248,000 bases of DNA. Source: Rhodosorus marinus CCMP1338. Its lineage: Eukaryota; Plantae; Rhodophyta. Positions 198,660 through 214,200 of the stretch are shown in pieces. Location of the stretch: assembly GCA_029953675.1 (NCBI GenBank), contig JAMWBK010000004.1, positions 1,012,001 to 1,260,000 on the forward strand, given 5' to 3'. The notes below the pieces were generated by a model that was not told the DNA's origin, did no database searches, and saw only the letters and a list, made by a program, of their open reading frames with translations. How positions within the stretch are numbered: the stretch's first letter is position 1; the number at the start of each line of letters is the position of its first letter. The position numbers were made by a program, and so were the translations under genes.

Positions 198660-201085
198660 GTCAGGGTCAGCAGGAGCTCTCATTCTGCTTCATTCTTTCG
198701 GGAGGGGACATCCTCCTGCAGTTAAAATTCTCTACGCCGGATTCCGAACGCATCCGTGCACGCGGAGACGCGACTCCCAGAGCCCAGTCCACCATCAGGA
198801 GGATCACGAGGGACCTCTTTTTCCTCAGCAATCACAGGATCAAGCGCGGCAGGCACAGGACCAGCAGCTGTTTTTTCGCGGGGCCGCGAGCCCGGGAAAA
198901 ATCGGCTTGCCAGCCGCCAGCCGCCAGCCGCCAGCCGCCAGCCGTGGGTGCGGTCGGCAGGGAGACTGGTACAAGATGACATCGCCGATTGGAGCTCGAG
199001 AAACAAACCGCGGGCACTTTCAGAGACGCTAGAGTAGTAAAACCACACCAGAGTGTAGATCATCGCTGGAAAGACTGAACAATATCGGAAACTAGACACC
199101 CAACGCGCTCAACGTCGGGAGGGAGGTGCCCCAAGACCCAACCACGGCCGCTGGTTGGGTAAAAGCTCGGTTAAAGAGGCCTAGACCGCCTAGTCGTAGG
199201 GGTAGGCCCACTTGGGCACGAACGATATCACGGGTGGGGCACTGAAAATGACCCAACTCCTCATCTAAGAAATATACCAGCTCTCCAAAGCTCTCGTCGT
199301 CGGCACGGGTTGCTAGCCACCGGCCCAAGGGAGTCGGGAGCGAGCGGAACCAATAGGTGAGCCGCTGACCGCAACAATATCAGTACAGCAACAACGAAAA
199401 TAGCAAGAAGCCGCGAGGCAGCCGACCGAGCTCCGAGACCAGTTGCCGGTGTTTTCTCAGAATTTGCGGCAACACACCCTCCACAAACGACGCGGACCCA
199501 CAGAGGGTGCCCAGGTGGACAAACCCTGCCCGGCGCAAATATCCCGGAAACGCGCGGGGTCCTGCTGCTCTTGAATATCCACTCCTCCCCAGTAGAACGA
199601 CTTCGCATGATTGACTTCGAGATCGACGAGGGATGCCAGTGTGTGGAGACGATCGTCAGCCACCGCGAGGGTATCTGGAGGCTCAATGAGGCAGACATCA
199701 TCGTGGCAACCCACTGTGCGGACCTCCGGGAACTCTGAACGCAGGCTAAGCAAAACGACCTGAAGCCCACACGCGGGCAAAAAAGACGCCAACGGGTCAC
199801 CCTGTTGAACCCCGGTCCGCGACTCGAGGGAGTGCGAGGAAGGGCCGAGGGGTGCCATAAGTTGTCCCTTGACCCATCAAAAGAGAAAAGGCTACTGGAC
199901 TGGACTTTACTAGACTTGGACTTTACTGGACTTTACTAGCATAGCCTGAAGCGCTACGGGGGAAAAGTCGCTTGCGCGACGAAAAAAATTCTTGATGCGC
200001 GAGTGTTGGTAGCTAAGCCCGGTCTCCTTTAGTAAAAAGCGAAAAGAGAGTTCGTACAAGACAGAGCTACCTCGCGGACTTTACTAGCATAGCTGAAAGG
200101 CTACTAACAAAGGGAAAAGCTGCCGGGAAGACCTGGCGCACCACATGCTTAATGGCCGGTCGAGAGACACGATTAAAACCAATACTAAAGTCGACAGATA
200201 ATAACCCGTAATCCGGTGAGTAGGCCAGATCCCGAAGAGGCATGGATAGCAATTCACCGCCGCCACGATAGCCCACGCCCAACTGCGCGTGTCCAAAAAA
200301 GCGACGGGATTCGGGGACCAAAATCTGGACCAACTATTGACATTGGATCAGGTCCTATTCCGGCGAAGCGACCTGAAAATCAGCTAAGATGATTTTGTTC
200401 GAGGAAGGAATGAAACAACAAAGCGGAATTGAGAGTTACCATTACACTCGGGCGCGTAAAACTATGTTCGTACATCGATTATCACGTAGTTGAAATTAAC
200501 CCCCGGAGCTAGTAAAGATGTATTGAGGGTCTTGGATAATTCACGTGGAGACTGACTACCTTCTTGTCAACGGATACTTGCGTATTCTCTTCGCCTTCCA
200601 ATCCTCGGCCTGACGAGCTACGCTTATCTTGGTTCGTGCCAGATGGTTTTTTTTGTTGACGCTTCACAACGCGTGGCTGAACCAGCAGGTTGGTATTGCC
200701 CATTGAAACAGCGGAGATCATCTTCGTAGCTTCCTGTACCCCAAACCTGTACCCATCTTCGAAGGCTAGTCTACAGTCGCGCTCTACAAACTCTGCGAGC
200801 TTTCGAAGGATCCTGTTCCAGCCATTCATTGTGGAAAGCTTTGGTCACGTCGATAAGTCGGGTTTAGAGTGGTTGCGGAAATGTTTTGCTGAGCATCCTA
200901 CTGAATATTTGGCGCTCTTGAGGCGTTTAAGTGTCTCCCTTTGGCGATATTCCAGCGACATGCTTTCCGAGGCGCGCCATCGGCGCCTGGGGTTGCATAC
201001 TTCCCTCCCTAGTTATTAGTTCATCTTCACGCCTTGCGTAGCGCTTCAGGCTATGCTAGTAAAGTCCAGTAAAGTCCAGTTTAAG
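198660..201085. mobile_element. Degenerate CRE A RT fragments and a young B 3' fragment
   Basis: ORFs 199457..199858, 200067..200333 and 200690..201019. Confidence 0.8.
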
Positions 201086-202776
201086 TTAGTTAAAAAGACT
201101 CCAGATCGGTGTAAGATGCTACATGCCAGTGGAAACAGTGTCCGGACATGGATTGCGTTTTAGCGAACCGTACCACGGCATAGTCGTCGTTTCAAATCCA
201201 CTTGCACTAGTGCTTATGCGTCCGCTTTGCGCTCTAGACGTTCCGTGCTACTGGGAGGAAAGCTTTGTTGCGACTTGATCAAGTCAGCCAAACCCTTCAA
201301 CGGAGAAAGGCACAATTGGAAGTCATTCTGTTCTCCGATGGCGATCACGATATCTAGCTGGCTTCTCTGCTTCAACTGTGTACTAATTTTCTTCCAGGTG
201401 ACCCAATTATTTCCCATCCTTTCTTTAGAGTTTCAAAATACTCCCGTATATCCCCACCAGCTCAAAGGACTACTTTCTGCTTCGTTTTCTTCTTTCTTCT
201501 TGCAGTCTCACAAACTTCCCTATTGATACGCTAACCATTCATTCATTCATTGATACGCGCCACCCTGCTCCTGAACCCTCGAAAACGGGTTCACCGTCCT
201601 GTTCCCCAATAAAAATGTGGCAAGGCCATTAAAATTTACACCCGAACCCATCCAAATGCTAAACGGACGAAGTGGAATCGTCTATTCCTGTATCCCCGAC
201701 TAATTCGGCTCTGGCTCATCGCCTGGTACCACTGGTCATTGAGTGCTTTGGGTTTATGGACTCCCTTGGTTCTCGTTGGCTTTCGGGAGTTGTTCCGCGA
201801 ACGCCGTGACCGTCGCTAATCGCTGTTTACCCGTCTAAGTTTCTTGCTGCGATTACATGCCCTGTGGCAAGCGCCCATCTGACGGCTGCCGCCCGCCGCC
201901 GGGGAGCAGCTGCTTCGGCCCTTCGCCGCGTGAAGGAACGACGGTATACTGAGAGTATGGCCAGCCCGCCTTGAGCTGAGGGTCGCTCCCACCGGTTCCA
202001 GCCTTTCATTGTGGGAAGCTTTGGTCAGGTGGAGAAGTCGGGTTTGGAGTGGTTGCGGAAATGTTTCACTGAGCATCCTGTTGAATACTTAGAACTTTTG
202101 CGGCGCTTAAGTGTCTCTCTGTGGCGATATTCGAGCAGCATGCTTGCCGAGCCGCGCCATCGGCGCCTGGGTTTGCACGCTTCCCTACCTAGTTCTTAGC
202201 TCCTTTTCACGGTTTGCGTAGCGCTGTAGGCTATGCTAATAAAGCCAGTTTCTTGCTGTGGTGTATGAACGCTGCATTGATGTCGCGATCTTCGCCGAGC
202301 TTAGTCCTTTTTTCCCCTCGGGGTTTTTTCCGTTAGTCTCCGCTTGAACAAATTCGTTCGATTCCCCAACCAAGTCGGTGGGGATAACGACCCTCTTTTT
202401 GCACATTTCCCCACCTAGGGGTAAGCAGTATCGAAAAACTCTTCCCATTTGATCCAGCCCTACTGACCGTCCTTTTCATTCACTGACCGTCTGTCCAAAC
202501 GTTTTTTTCCCGCTTAAGTTTCTCGCTGCGGCGTATGAACGCTGCTTTGATGTTGGAGGGGCGCGATCTTCGCCGCGCTTAGTCCCTTTTCTTTCCCTCC
202601 GGGCTTTTTCTTCAGTCTCCGATTAAACCAATTCATTCACTCACAGTGTGAGTGGACTATCCAAAAGTTTTGGTGCAACCTATTGTTCCGTCTGCGTAGC
202701 TGTTCAGGCTATGCTAGTAAATCCATCCATTTATTCGACTTGCAAACCACCACCATTTATTCGGAAACGTACACAA

Positions 202777-204204
202777 CTAGGTTTGTATAATCCCAACAAT
202801 TCCACCATACAGTCCCAATATAAGGGCTGTAAGTCCTAACATGAATATTACCCCGCTAAGTACAGTGAAAAGGTGCTTCTTTCCCTTTCTCTCTTTGCCA
202901 AACGCATAAATATCAATACCCGCAGGCCAAAGCATCATGGTCTGAGAGGCAATCAGAGAAGAAATAAGAGCCAGATAGATTTCGAAAGATGGAATAGCAA
203001 TATTCAAAAGGGTTTCTAACACAACAACAATGAGGGCCCATAAGAACCACCACAGGAACGCTGCAGGTTTCAAGCTCGTCAGTTTTGCAACCTTATATGG
203101 AGCATTGTCGTTCCCCAGAAAAAGCCGTTTAACAAACGGTTCAGCAGCCCTCTGGATCCCATATATCAGTATTTGACCCTTAATTACAATCGCAATCGAT
203201 ACATGTATGACAACGCAAACATTGGCTACGATCGCAGCAGCCCCTGGCTGAAGCGAGTTCGTGTATGGAGACACCAGCCACGTCGCATCTCCCGCAAGCC
203301 CGTACACTGCAGAACCAGTAGTCGCGTAGAACAGATACGCAAAGGTCTGAGAAATGACTAACGAGTATGGAAAATTCTTAACCAACTTCATCGCACTCAT
203401 TATCTCGAGGAATACGACCGCACCGGCAAAAGCGTATAGAATGTCCATTGCGGCGATTACGCAATCCGACGTTCCGTAGTACGAAAACAAGACTCGCTGC
203501 CCGACCGGATACGCCACTGGATCCTTCACCATGCTCGCAATCACGAAGAACGAAATTCCAATTGGAAGAATGATAGTCACAATGGCAATGATGGAAGTGA
203601 ACGCCATTGCCTTGAAGCTCCTGAGCTGCAGAACAACGAGAGAGACAAATCCAGCGATGATCATCCACTGCGTGAGTGATACAGCGGATCCGCTGAAAAG
203701 TGCACTCCATGCTTGAGCCTGCGTGTAGCTGAACGCGGCGGTGTACAAGAATAGGAGCGGGTACGTGTTGAATCGGGCAAATACCAACCCCTTCTTTCCA
203801 AAGGCACTGAAAAACAATTGCGGGTACGAATGCCCTGATTTGTACTTCTGGTGTCGCAAGCGCCAAAGAAGGAGACCGGCACACAGCGAGAGCCCCCAGC
203901 ACAGCAAAAGCGTAAGATGTCCTGGTATCCATCCAAGCGTCGCGAACGTGTTTGGAATGGTCAGCACTCCCGTACCAACCACATCTACGACAAGCAGAAA
204001 CATTGCAAGGGCAACGCTTAGATTTTCGCAGGTCTCATCTACGGTGCCTCCACTCTCGATGTCTTTGGTGTGCTCCACCGCTTCTTTCAACTCATCGAGC
204101 GACTCATCGGGAACGCCGGCCTCGTCCACAAGGAAGGTGCTCTGCACAGCACACTCATCCGCGAGCTTAGATTCAACTGATGACATTGCACTATTTTCAT
204201 TCAC
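202777..204204 (-). CDS. Amino-acid permease (AAAP), copy 4 (most divergent)
   Basis: Paralog. Confidence 0.92.
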   Translation of the reverse strand: MNENSAMSSVESKLADECAVQSTFLVDEAGVPDESLDELKEAVEHTKDIESGGTVDETCENLSVALAMFLLVVDVVGTGVLTIPNTFATLGWIPGHLTLLLCWGLSLCAGLLLWRLRHQKYKSGHSYPQLFFSAFGKKGLVFARFNTYPLLFLYTAAFSYTQAQAWSALFSGSAVSLTQWMIIAGFVSLVVLQLRSFKAMAFTSIIAIVTIILPIGISFFVIASMVKDPVAYPVGQRVLFSYYGTSDCVIAAMDILYAFAGAVVFLEIMSAMKLVKNFPYSLVISQTFAYLFYATTGSAVYGLAGDATWLVSPYTNSLQPGAAAIVANVCVVIHVSIAIVIKGQILIYGIQRAAEPFVKRLFLGNDNAPYKVAKLTSLKPAAFLWWFLWALIVVVLETLLNIAIPSFEIYLALISSLIASQTMMLWPAGIDIYAFGKERKGKKHLFTVLSGVIFMLGLTALILGLYGGIVGIIQT

Positions 204205-207114
204205 AATCCTCCTCAGCTACTGACGCCATCTTAGATAGCAGGCCAGGCTTCAACGCTAATCGGGAGTGCCTATAAATCCCCTCTGCGAGAACTTCGCTTA
204301 GCATGTTTCTTGCCTAATTTGCTGCGGCGCCTCTTCGAATAACCCGTTCTCGTTTGTTGATCCCAGTTACCGCAAGTCAGGCCTGAAAATTCTCGAAATA
204401 GAACCAAAATACTCACCGCGCACTTGGAAAAGACCCGAGAAGAAAGATCAGCCCCATCGCTTGTACTCGCCTCCTCGCGCTAAAGACGTTGATGCCCAGC
204501 GAAGCTATAGTTGAATGAATGGTTATAGTTAGGGTTGTCATAAAACCGTCCGATTAAAGGCTCCCGGATGCGTCCTATTAAAACAAAGAAAACATAACCT
204601 GGAATGAATTAGGGCAGTCATAAAACGTCCGATAAATTTTATCAGACAACTACGGGAAGTTCATCTATATGTAATAAACAAAAACATTTCGTGCGTAATT
204701 CATAAAACTATTTCAAAAAATGTCTGGTATTGTCTTTTATATAACAGTTCTCCCGTGATTTGCCCTAGAGGGCACCTGAATTCTGTTAGTTCGAGTTCCA
204801 TGTTAAATCTACTAACAGCCGTACTAGGTGTCTTATTGGACGTCACGAGCCTAGCAAGACGCAACCAATCGATAGAGTCTGAAGGAGGCTTAGCAGGCAG
204901 TTGCTGCGGAGCTCTGACAGGGGTCCAACAAGTGTTTTTTTTTTCTTCAATTTCTTCACCAAGCAGTAAAGCTAGTGCAGGAACCTCTGCAATCTTGAAC
205001 TTCAAAACTCGAATACTCATCTAAAACACACCCCCATCTTGGGTTGAACCGCTTAAACTACAGAGTAAATAATGGTGGAAGTTCCGGTTCCATTTAGGAA
205101 TTCCAACAGATCATATCCACCGACATGTGCAACTCGATGTTGGGGTCACCACGTGAGCAGGATTTAGCAGGACTGTACACGTCTCGTGCTGTGCGAAAGC
205201 CCTAAAATCTGATTGAGAGTTCGCTATGGGATATCACTGATATCCCATGAACGTAGCTGATAATATCAGCTACATTGAGCGCACAGTCCGTGGTTGACAC
205301 TAAGTTTGAAGATCTACTGATTCTGTTTACAGAAAAAGCCTGGATTTGCAAAGAGTCCAATCGAAATACTTCGGCAAGCCATACATCCAATCATAATCTA
205401 AGATTTACGTTTCTCACGAACATCTAGGTATATATATATACTAAACATTACCCAATCTATATCTCTGACGTGTTTTATTGGATCACAAACTGTCAGCTTC
205501 TTCAAAAAACAAATTAGCAAGCTCTGAGGTCAAGCAAAATAGAAAATTACCCTGAAATGGTATTTTCGAGCAGTATGCTCAATAGGAGCGTCCATTTCGT
205601 TTTTCACAAGTTTTGGTCACGGAGCTTAAAATATAACTTGGCAAACAAGAGCATGCAAATTGGACATTTTGCCTTGCTGGATTTAGCTGCGGTCGCGGAT
205701 GGGCTGCGGCAGCTCAAGTTGATAAATCAATAAGCCGAAAATTGGGAATAAATTTGACGACAACTGAAATATACTGTGACAATCAATCATCTCTGAAGTG
205801 GTTCGTTGGTAGTGGAACGTCCTTCCCCGAACACGCGGAGAGAGCATGCAGATATGTCCGAGGCACGAGGAACTGGGAAATGGTACATCTACGTCCATGT
205901 CGTTGGACTAACAATGTTTTTGAGGTTTTCAAAAAAGCGATATCGAGACCAGCACTGCAACGACATTGAAAAGGCTTGGGAGTTGCACAACGAGGCCTAT
206001 AGATGATGGGATGCGGTGTGTGTCAGCACAGGGTACGGTCTTGTCTGATGCAAGTATCGGATACTGTCTGACACGTAGTCAATATAGGAGATAGTACACG
206101 ATAAGACTGTCATATCAGTTGATACCCCAGCGCAAGATGCGACGCGTGTGGATACCATGACTGATAGCAGTACGTATGCACACTATGAATGAGTCAACGT
206201 GTTCATTCGGAGACTGGAAACAAAAAATGAGAGGGGAAAAAGACTATTGAAGGCGAATGTCACGCGCCACCAATATCAAAGCAGTTTCCATACACCACAA
206301 AGGCAACTCAAAGGTGCAAACAGCGAGGAGATGCCGGTCGGGCTCGCACACTGAGCGCTTCATGAATATGAGAGTGGAATAAGAAGTCTATAAATACCAA
206401 GCCAGGTGGTCTATTTTGGGGGGAGCCTCCAAGAAAACTAAGTCCTAATGTATGTACGTGGCTTTATTGTTTGCTCACGCACTGTCAGCGTCTTCTAAAA
206501 TCCAAAGAGGAAATCCTAACTGTACGCATCACCGAATTGGTTTTTCTTTTTACTCTGGACTTTACTAGCATAGCCTGAAGCGCTACTCTGCAACGGGATT
206601 CGCTTCAAGATCGCATTAAAGACGCCTTCTCATACGAATAAAAAAAAAAAGAAGCAAAATCTTGATGTTTCGAACGACGATATACATGGACGAACATTCA
206701 TGGACAAAGAGCACTGTAACGAGTAGATAAGGAGCGCCTTTCTTGAAGATGTAGGAAGTTAGTAAAACCAACACCGGGGGGGGGCAGACTAGCCGCTAAT
206801 TTCTCGGCAAAGGTATCCTAACTATAACAGCCAGTAGTTGATCCTTTATGTCCATGAGTGATCCAAACCCTTCACGAAGATATGGATAGTGCGAGAAGTA
206901 AGCTCAGGACAAGAACACTGCGGGGCAAAAGAGCGGCGACTGCGTGTTATTGTTCGGGATCTTGAGCATTCCATAAAGAATTCTCAATTTTACCGCTGTC
207001 ACGGGCTATCACAACCTGGATTAAGGATACCACCACGTCTGGTTTGTCGGAGGCGGGAATACCTATGCCCAAGTCCGAACTTGGCCCAGCGGTAAAGTAG
207101 CGCGGCCTTAGCTG

Positions 207115-209365
207115 GTTTTTGCTAGCATAGCCTGAAGCGCAAGGCGTGGACTGTAACTAAGAAGTCGGGAGAGAAACATGCAAACCCAAGCGCGGATGGC
207201 GCGCCTCGGCAAGCGTGCTTCTAGAATATCGCGACAGGGCGACACTGAAATTCCATAAGATGCTCAGCAAAACATTTCCGCAACCACTCCAAATCCGACT
207301 TATCCACGTGGCCAAAGGTTTCCACAGCGAAAGGCTGAAACCTGTGAGAACGACCATCAGCGCAAGGCAGACTGGCCATACTCTCAGCATACCGTCGTTC
207401 TTTCACTCGGCGAAGGGCCGAAGCGGCTGCTCCTCGGCGAAGGGCCGAAGCGGCTGCTCCTCGGCGACGGGCGGCCGAGCTGAGATGAGGGCTGCACAGG
207501 CATGTGGTCGCGAGGTCCACATATGCTGAGCGTCTGGCGGCAGTATCGGAGACGAGGAGATCTGCGATGCAGCGAGGCGGTGCCGTGTCCGAGACCGATC
207601 TGGGCAGTTCCGATCCCACCTCAACCGTATGCCCTACCCGAGTCAAAGATTCCCTGAGAATGTACTTGAGGCGAGTGTGAGGCGTCGTACGAGGACCTCT
207701 CAACAGTCCGCATGAACCTAAGAAGTGGTAGCCACACGCGTCAATCCGACTCTCACATCCGTGACCGAAAAACGGCCGATTAGAGTGCCACGGAGCTTGT
207801 GGCAAACCCAGGTAGATCTTTGCGGTGGTGCGGAGCTGGAAGGCGTCGAGACGGTGTCCCAGTGACGAAGGCAAAGTGGTTAACTACATCTGCGATAGAT
207901 GGCCTCCCAGGCCGCGGAGGCGAGCGGCAGTGGTAGGCGGTGTGAAGGGAGAGTTGAGCAAGATTGCGTGAGCTGCACTGTGTTGGCCTCTTCTATGGCC
208001 TTAGCTCGCACGCTTTTAGTTCCCGTTCCTAGTTTACGAGCTCGTACCGAAGCCTTTTCATCACAGGCATAAAACAACAGATGTGCATGGTCGATGCCAG
208101 GAATCCGATCGGGAATTCCATAAAGCAACTCGATCGCCGTTTCCCGGTACTGGCAGTTAGTTCTTAATACGCATGCTGCATTCGCCTGAGGTATAGACTG
208201 GTCCCATCTCCGAACCATTCCCTGCTATAAGTCACAGCAGTATCTCGTGAAATCTGCAATTCCCCCTAAGATTAGGCATGGGTTCCAATACTGAAGTTTA
208301 TTCTGGACCGTATCTTTCGTACCGTATTCCCTATTTCCGTTGGTTCTCGTTGGCTTCGGCAACGACGAGAGATGGCCCTGACCATCTGTCGTCATTGTTT
208401 ACCCGTTTAAGTGATTTGCTGTGGCGTATGAACGCTGCTTTGATGTTGGAGACGCGCGATCTTCGCCGCGCTTAGTCTAGTTTTTACCCCTCGGGGTTTT
208501 GGTGCATATGGCCGACTCCTCGCGCAGATGGTCTCATCTTCCCGCGCTCGCGCCCGCCTACGTAGTCTTGGAGGGGTTATTAGCTCTCAGTGGCTCATGA
208601 CCGTACCAGCCTTTCCGCCACTCACACTGTCGGATTTCGAAGTGCGTACTTCCCTGCGCTTATACCTCGGCTTACATCAGCCCCCTTGGCCGTACGAGAT
208701 GGGTTCGTCGTGCCCTCTCTGCTCTCAGACTGAAGACAACGCAGATTTTGGCGCCCACCTGCTCGCTAGTTGCCCGGCGGTGAAACGTGCTCGAACCCGC
208801 CGCCATACACGGATCTTGAACCTGTTATACCGGGAACTTCGGCCTATAGTCCGGCAAGCCGGTCTGGAAATCGAACGTGAGAAACCTTTACCCGTCGCGG
208901 ACTTTCAAAATGATGAACGCCGTGTAGCCGACCTGGTGATCACCTGTGACGACAGCCGCCGTACCACATACGTTGATCTTGCTGTTCCTAACCCTCAAGC
209001 TAGTCGTTATCTCCCGGCTGCGGGGGAGCGCCGTGGATCTGCCGCCGCCAGCATGAGACGCCGCAAAGAGATCAAATACGCGGGGGCTTTGTCTTCCCCT
209101 GGTGTCCGTGCTTCGGCACTAGCACATCGCTTGGTACCCCTGATCATTGAGTGCTTTGGGTTCATGGACTCTGTTGGTTCTCGCTGGCTTCGGGAGTTGT
209201 TCCGCGAACGCCCTGACCGTCTTCAATCGTTGTTTACCCGCTTAAGTTTCCTGCTGTGGCGCATGAATGCCGCTTTGATGTTGGAGGCGCGAGTACTTCG
209301 CCGCGCTTAGTCTTTTTTTCCCCTCGGGGTTTTTTTTTTAGCCTCCGATTAAACCATTCGTTCGA
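207115..209365. mobile_element. Older B copy (minus) and young A 3' copy (plus, 208528..209310)
   Basis: RLE ORFs; A-type tail CCATTCGTTCG. Confidence 0.88.
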
Positions 209366-209383
209366 GGTATGGAAAACAAAACA

Positions 209384-209466
209384 AACCAAGAGTGGGATTC
209401 GAACCCACATCCTTAGAGGTTGGATGCCTCAGCCCTCGCCGCCTTTGCCCAGTACTCCAGATACCG
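209384..209466 (-). tRNA. tRNA-like pseudogene or tRNA-derived repeat (Leu-like)
   Basis: T-arm GTGGGTTCGAATCCCAC, A-box-like TGG..TGG..AAGGCG and a downstream T-run; acceptor and anticodon stems do not pair. Confidence 0.3.
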
Positions 209467-210094
209467 AGGATCAAAAGCGACGAGATTTCCCTCAAAACTG
209501 ATTTTTCCCTTAGATATATGAGGATCAGGGACAGATTTGTGTAAATATTCTAAAATAGTGTACGAAACTTCAATCCAATCAACAATTTTGGAAGAACTAT
209601 GATACAAACACTAAATTATAGATTTCTACGACAAAGCAATGAAATCCAAAACTGCATTGTGCTGATGGATTTAGCGCAGCGAAATTTATGAGGGGTTCTA
209701 AATACTAGTTCCATTCTCGAAATATCCTTTACAAAACTTATTTATTTGACGAAATGACAATTAACGGAAGAGGAGCAAAGGGTAATGGTCTGCATCGGTT
209801 CAGTGGTCTTGATGTGGATCTAACCAGAATCCTGCGGATTGAGATTAGGAGCGATGCCAATCTTTAACGACTGAAGGCAAGCGGGCTATAGGTGGAGTAT
209901 TAGGGGGCCCGGGAAGGGCGAAGGTGTGTCACGTACGGAGGCAGTGAAAGAGCTGAGGGCGTCCGGGGGTTGTGTGAAGTGAGAAGAGGGCAGGACCGGA
210001 GAAGGTGTGTCATTTATTCCGAGGCTGTAAACGCGGCTTTTGATCTTAGGAAACAGTTTAGTGTGATTTCAGGTACCTCGGTGATTGTACAAGG

Positions 210095-212153
<2,059 letters not shown>

Positions 212154-213029
212154 GGATATACCTTCCAAACGCGTGAATTTCCCTTTCAAAGAACTCTTCG
212201 ATGAGAGGATGTTTTGTTTCGTGAATTCAGCTACCACTAGCTAAACGTGGAATTGGAAGACATGCTCAGAAGCACCCTCCTGTAGTTGCTGAATGAATGT
212301 CTTCATTCGGAGAAAAAAGCCGAGGGGAAAACAAATGACCACTCATTTGCGTAAGTCAGGCGCCTTCAGCATCAAGGCAGCGTTTATACGCCACAACAGG
212401 AAAAAAAAAAAGTGGTTTTTTGTCGCCAACCGCTTTCAATGAGGACAAGCCTCGTATTCTGCGCTCGTTTGGCCACGATTCCGAGGAGAACGCAATTTCA
212501 CTATATCATTCCATTTCCAGCATGGCGTTCTACTCACAATGCTTTACAGCCGATTCCCATTTTACTATTGCACGAAAGTCACGCCCCCGTTAGAATCTGG
212601 TCAGGTTACCCTTTTTAGCCTCGTGGTATATTTTCGAATGCTACCCCTCGAGATGGAACGGCCCCCCCGCGCTGGCTCGAAACTACCTGCTCAGTGGTAC
212701 TTGGTTACTAGGTTAGCCCACCAGAATGCCCGTTATTCCCTCCACGCCCGATAAAATCGATTCCAGTGGCGTTGCTGAACTACCGCCGTTCTGAGAACAA
212801 TGTACGTTTGCCACCACTTTGTGTTACGCCTAGTTGAGGCGGTAGTACCCAAGGTCCAGTGTAGCGCCCATTCAGCGACGGGCGGTTGGCAGGTTCGGAA
212901 GTTGATTTATGCAGAATTTGTGCTGCATATGAGTAACGAACTTGAATTCGGAACATTGTTCAGATTTGCCGGGGCCTGGCCACAGTCTTGCACAATCTTA
213001 ACCTTGTATTGGTCGACGCTGGGTGAATT

Positions 213030-214200
213030 AGGTTTCTGGATGGTGAGCGCACCCTCCAAAGTAAAATTCTGCGATTGCACATCTTATGTTTGAACAGGGG
213101 ACAACAGGCCCAGTCATTCCACTGCCCCGGTACTGCTCATCGGTGAAGCGACGGTTCAGTATTGGGGAAGCTTCGAACGACGCTTCCACAGTCTCGTTAC
213201 TCTCGTTCTCAAATTCAAGATCGGACCTAAACAACCAAATCCCTTTGTCTGCTCCGCCTCTTATCAGCAAGCGCGACTTTGGAAATCTGGACCTCGGATG
213301 TCCGCCACAGTATCGAAGCGTGATTTGTCGTCGCGGTGCGAGCTCCAGAGCTCGGGCATCTCCCGGATCGTGAGGGGGAAGCAAGTCCCGAGTAATCTCG
213401 TCCCCCGTCACCGCTTTTTGTATGCAGGTCTTTTGCAACGGCGAGGTTACCTTGACATCAATTATGTAGAGCTTCCTGGTCCGGGGTGTCAAGCTAGGAT
213501 GTCGGGGTGGAGGTGGCCCGCTGGGTAGTGCCCGGTCGGATCGAGGGTCACGTCTAGGCGCCATTGTCTGAGCTGCGTGGCCAATTCATCCAGTACCATA
213601 TTGTGTCGGAGTTCCGAGCTCCCTGTAGAATTAGTGCAGTGGTGAAGGCGTTGGAAACCTGAACGCCATCGGGGTGTGAACATTATAGTACCAGTACTAA
213701 GTATTCGTACATCTGGCAGTGGCAATTCAAGCAGTTCTCTCCGGCTTCGGCTTAGTTCGTCTGCGCTCAGACCTCGCGAGTGTCTCGTCGGTTAGTTCCG
213801 CAGGCAGGGAACGCCTCCGGATCCATTGGATGACCAAAGAGGCGCTTGTACGGTCTCAGTCATCAGCGGGTTGTTCCGCTGTCCACGCCATGCGTGAAAA
213901 TGATAATATTCGGGCACTGTTTTCCATAGAATGTAGTCTTCTCGCCCGCTCTGGGGTCTCCTTAGCCTGGCCTATGTTGCTTTTCTTGCGCATCCCTAGC
214001 ACTACATTCGGTAGTTGGAAGAAGCGGTACAAGTTCCTCGAGCGACGGTCGTGTGGCCTCCCGTTGGAAAGGAGTTTTTGTGTTGAACCGATCATGGATC
214101 TGTCGGATGGTGACCGCGGGTTCCCATCTTGTTGTTTACAAGCAAGCACTTTTAGCGTTCTGGGGATCCATCGTTTGAATCGGAGGCTAAAGTCCCCGAA
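213030..214200. mobile_element. CRE family C remnants
   Basis: RHNMVLDELATQLRQW..HLHPDILA; KLYIIDVKVTSPLQ. Confidence 0.7.
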
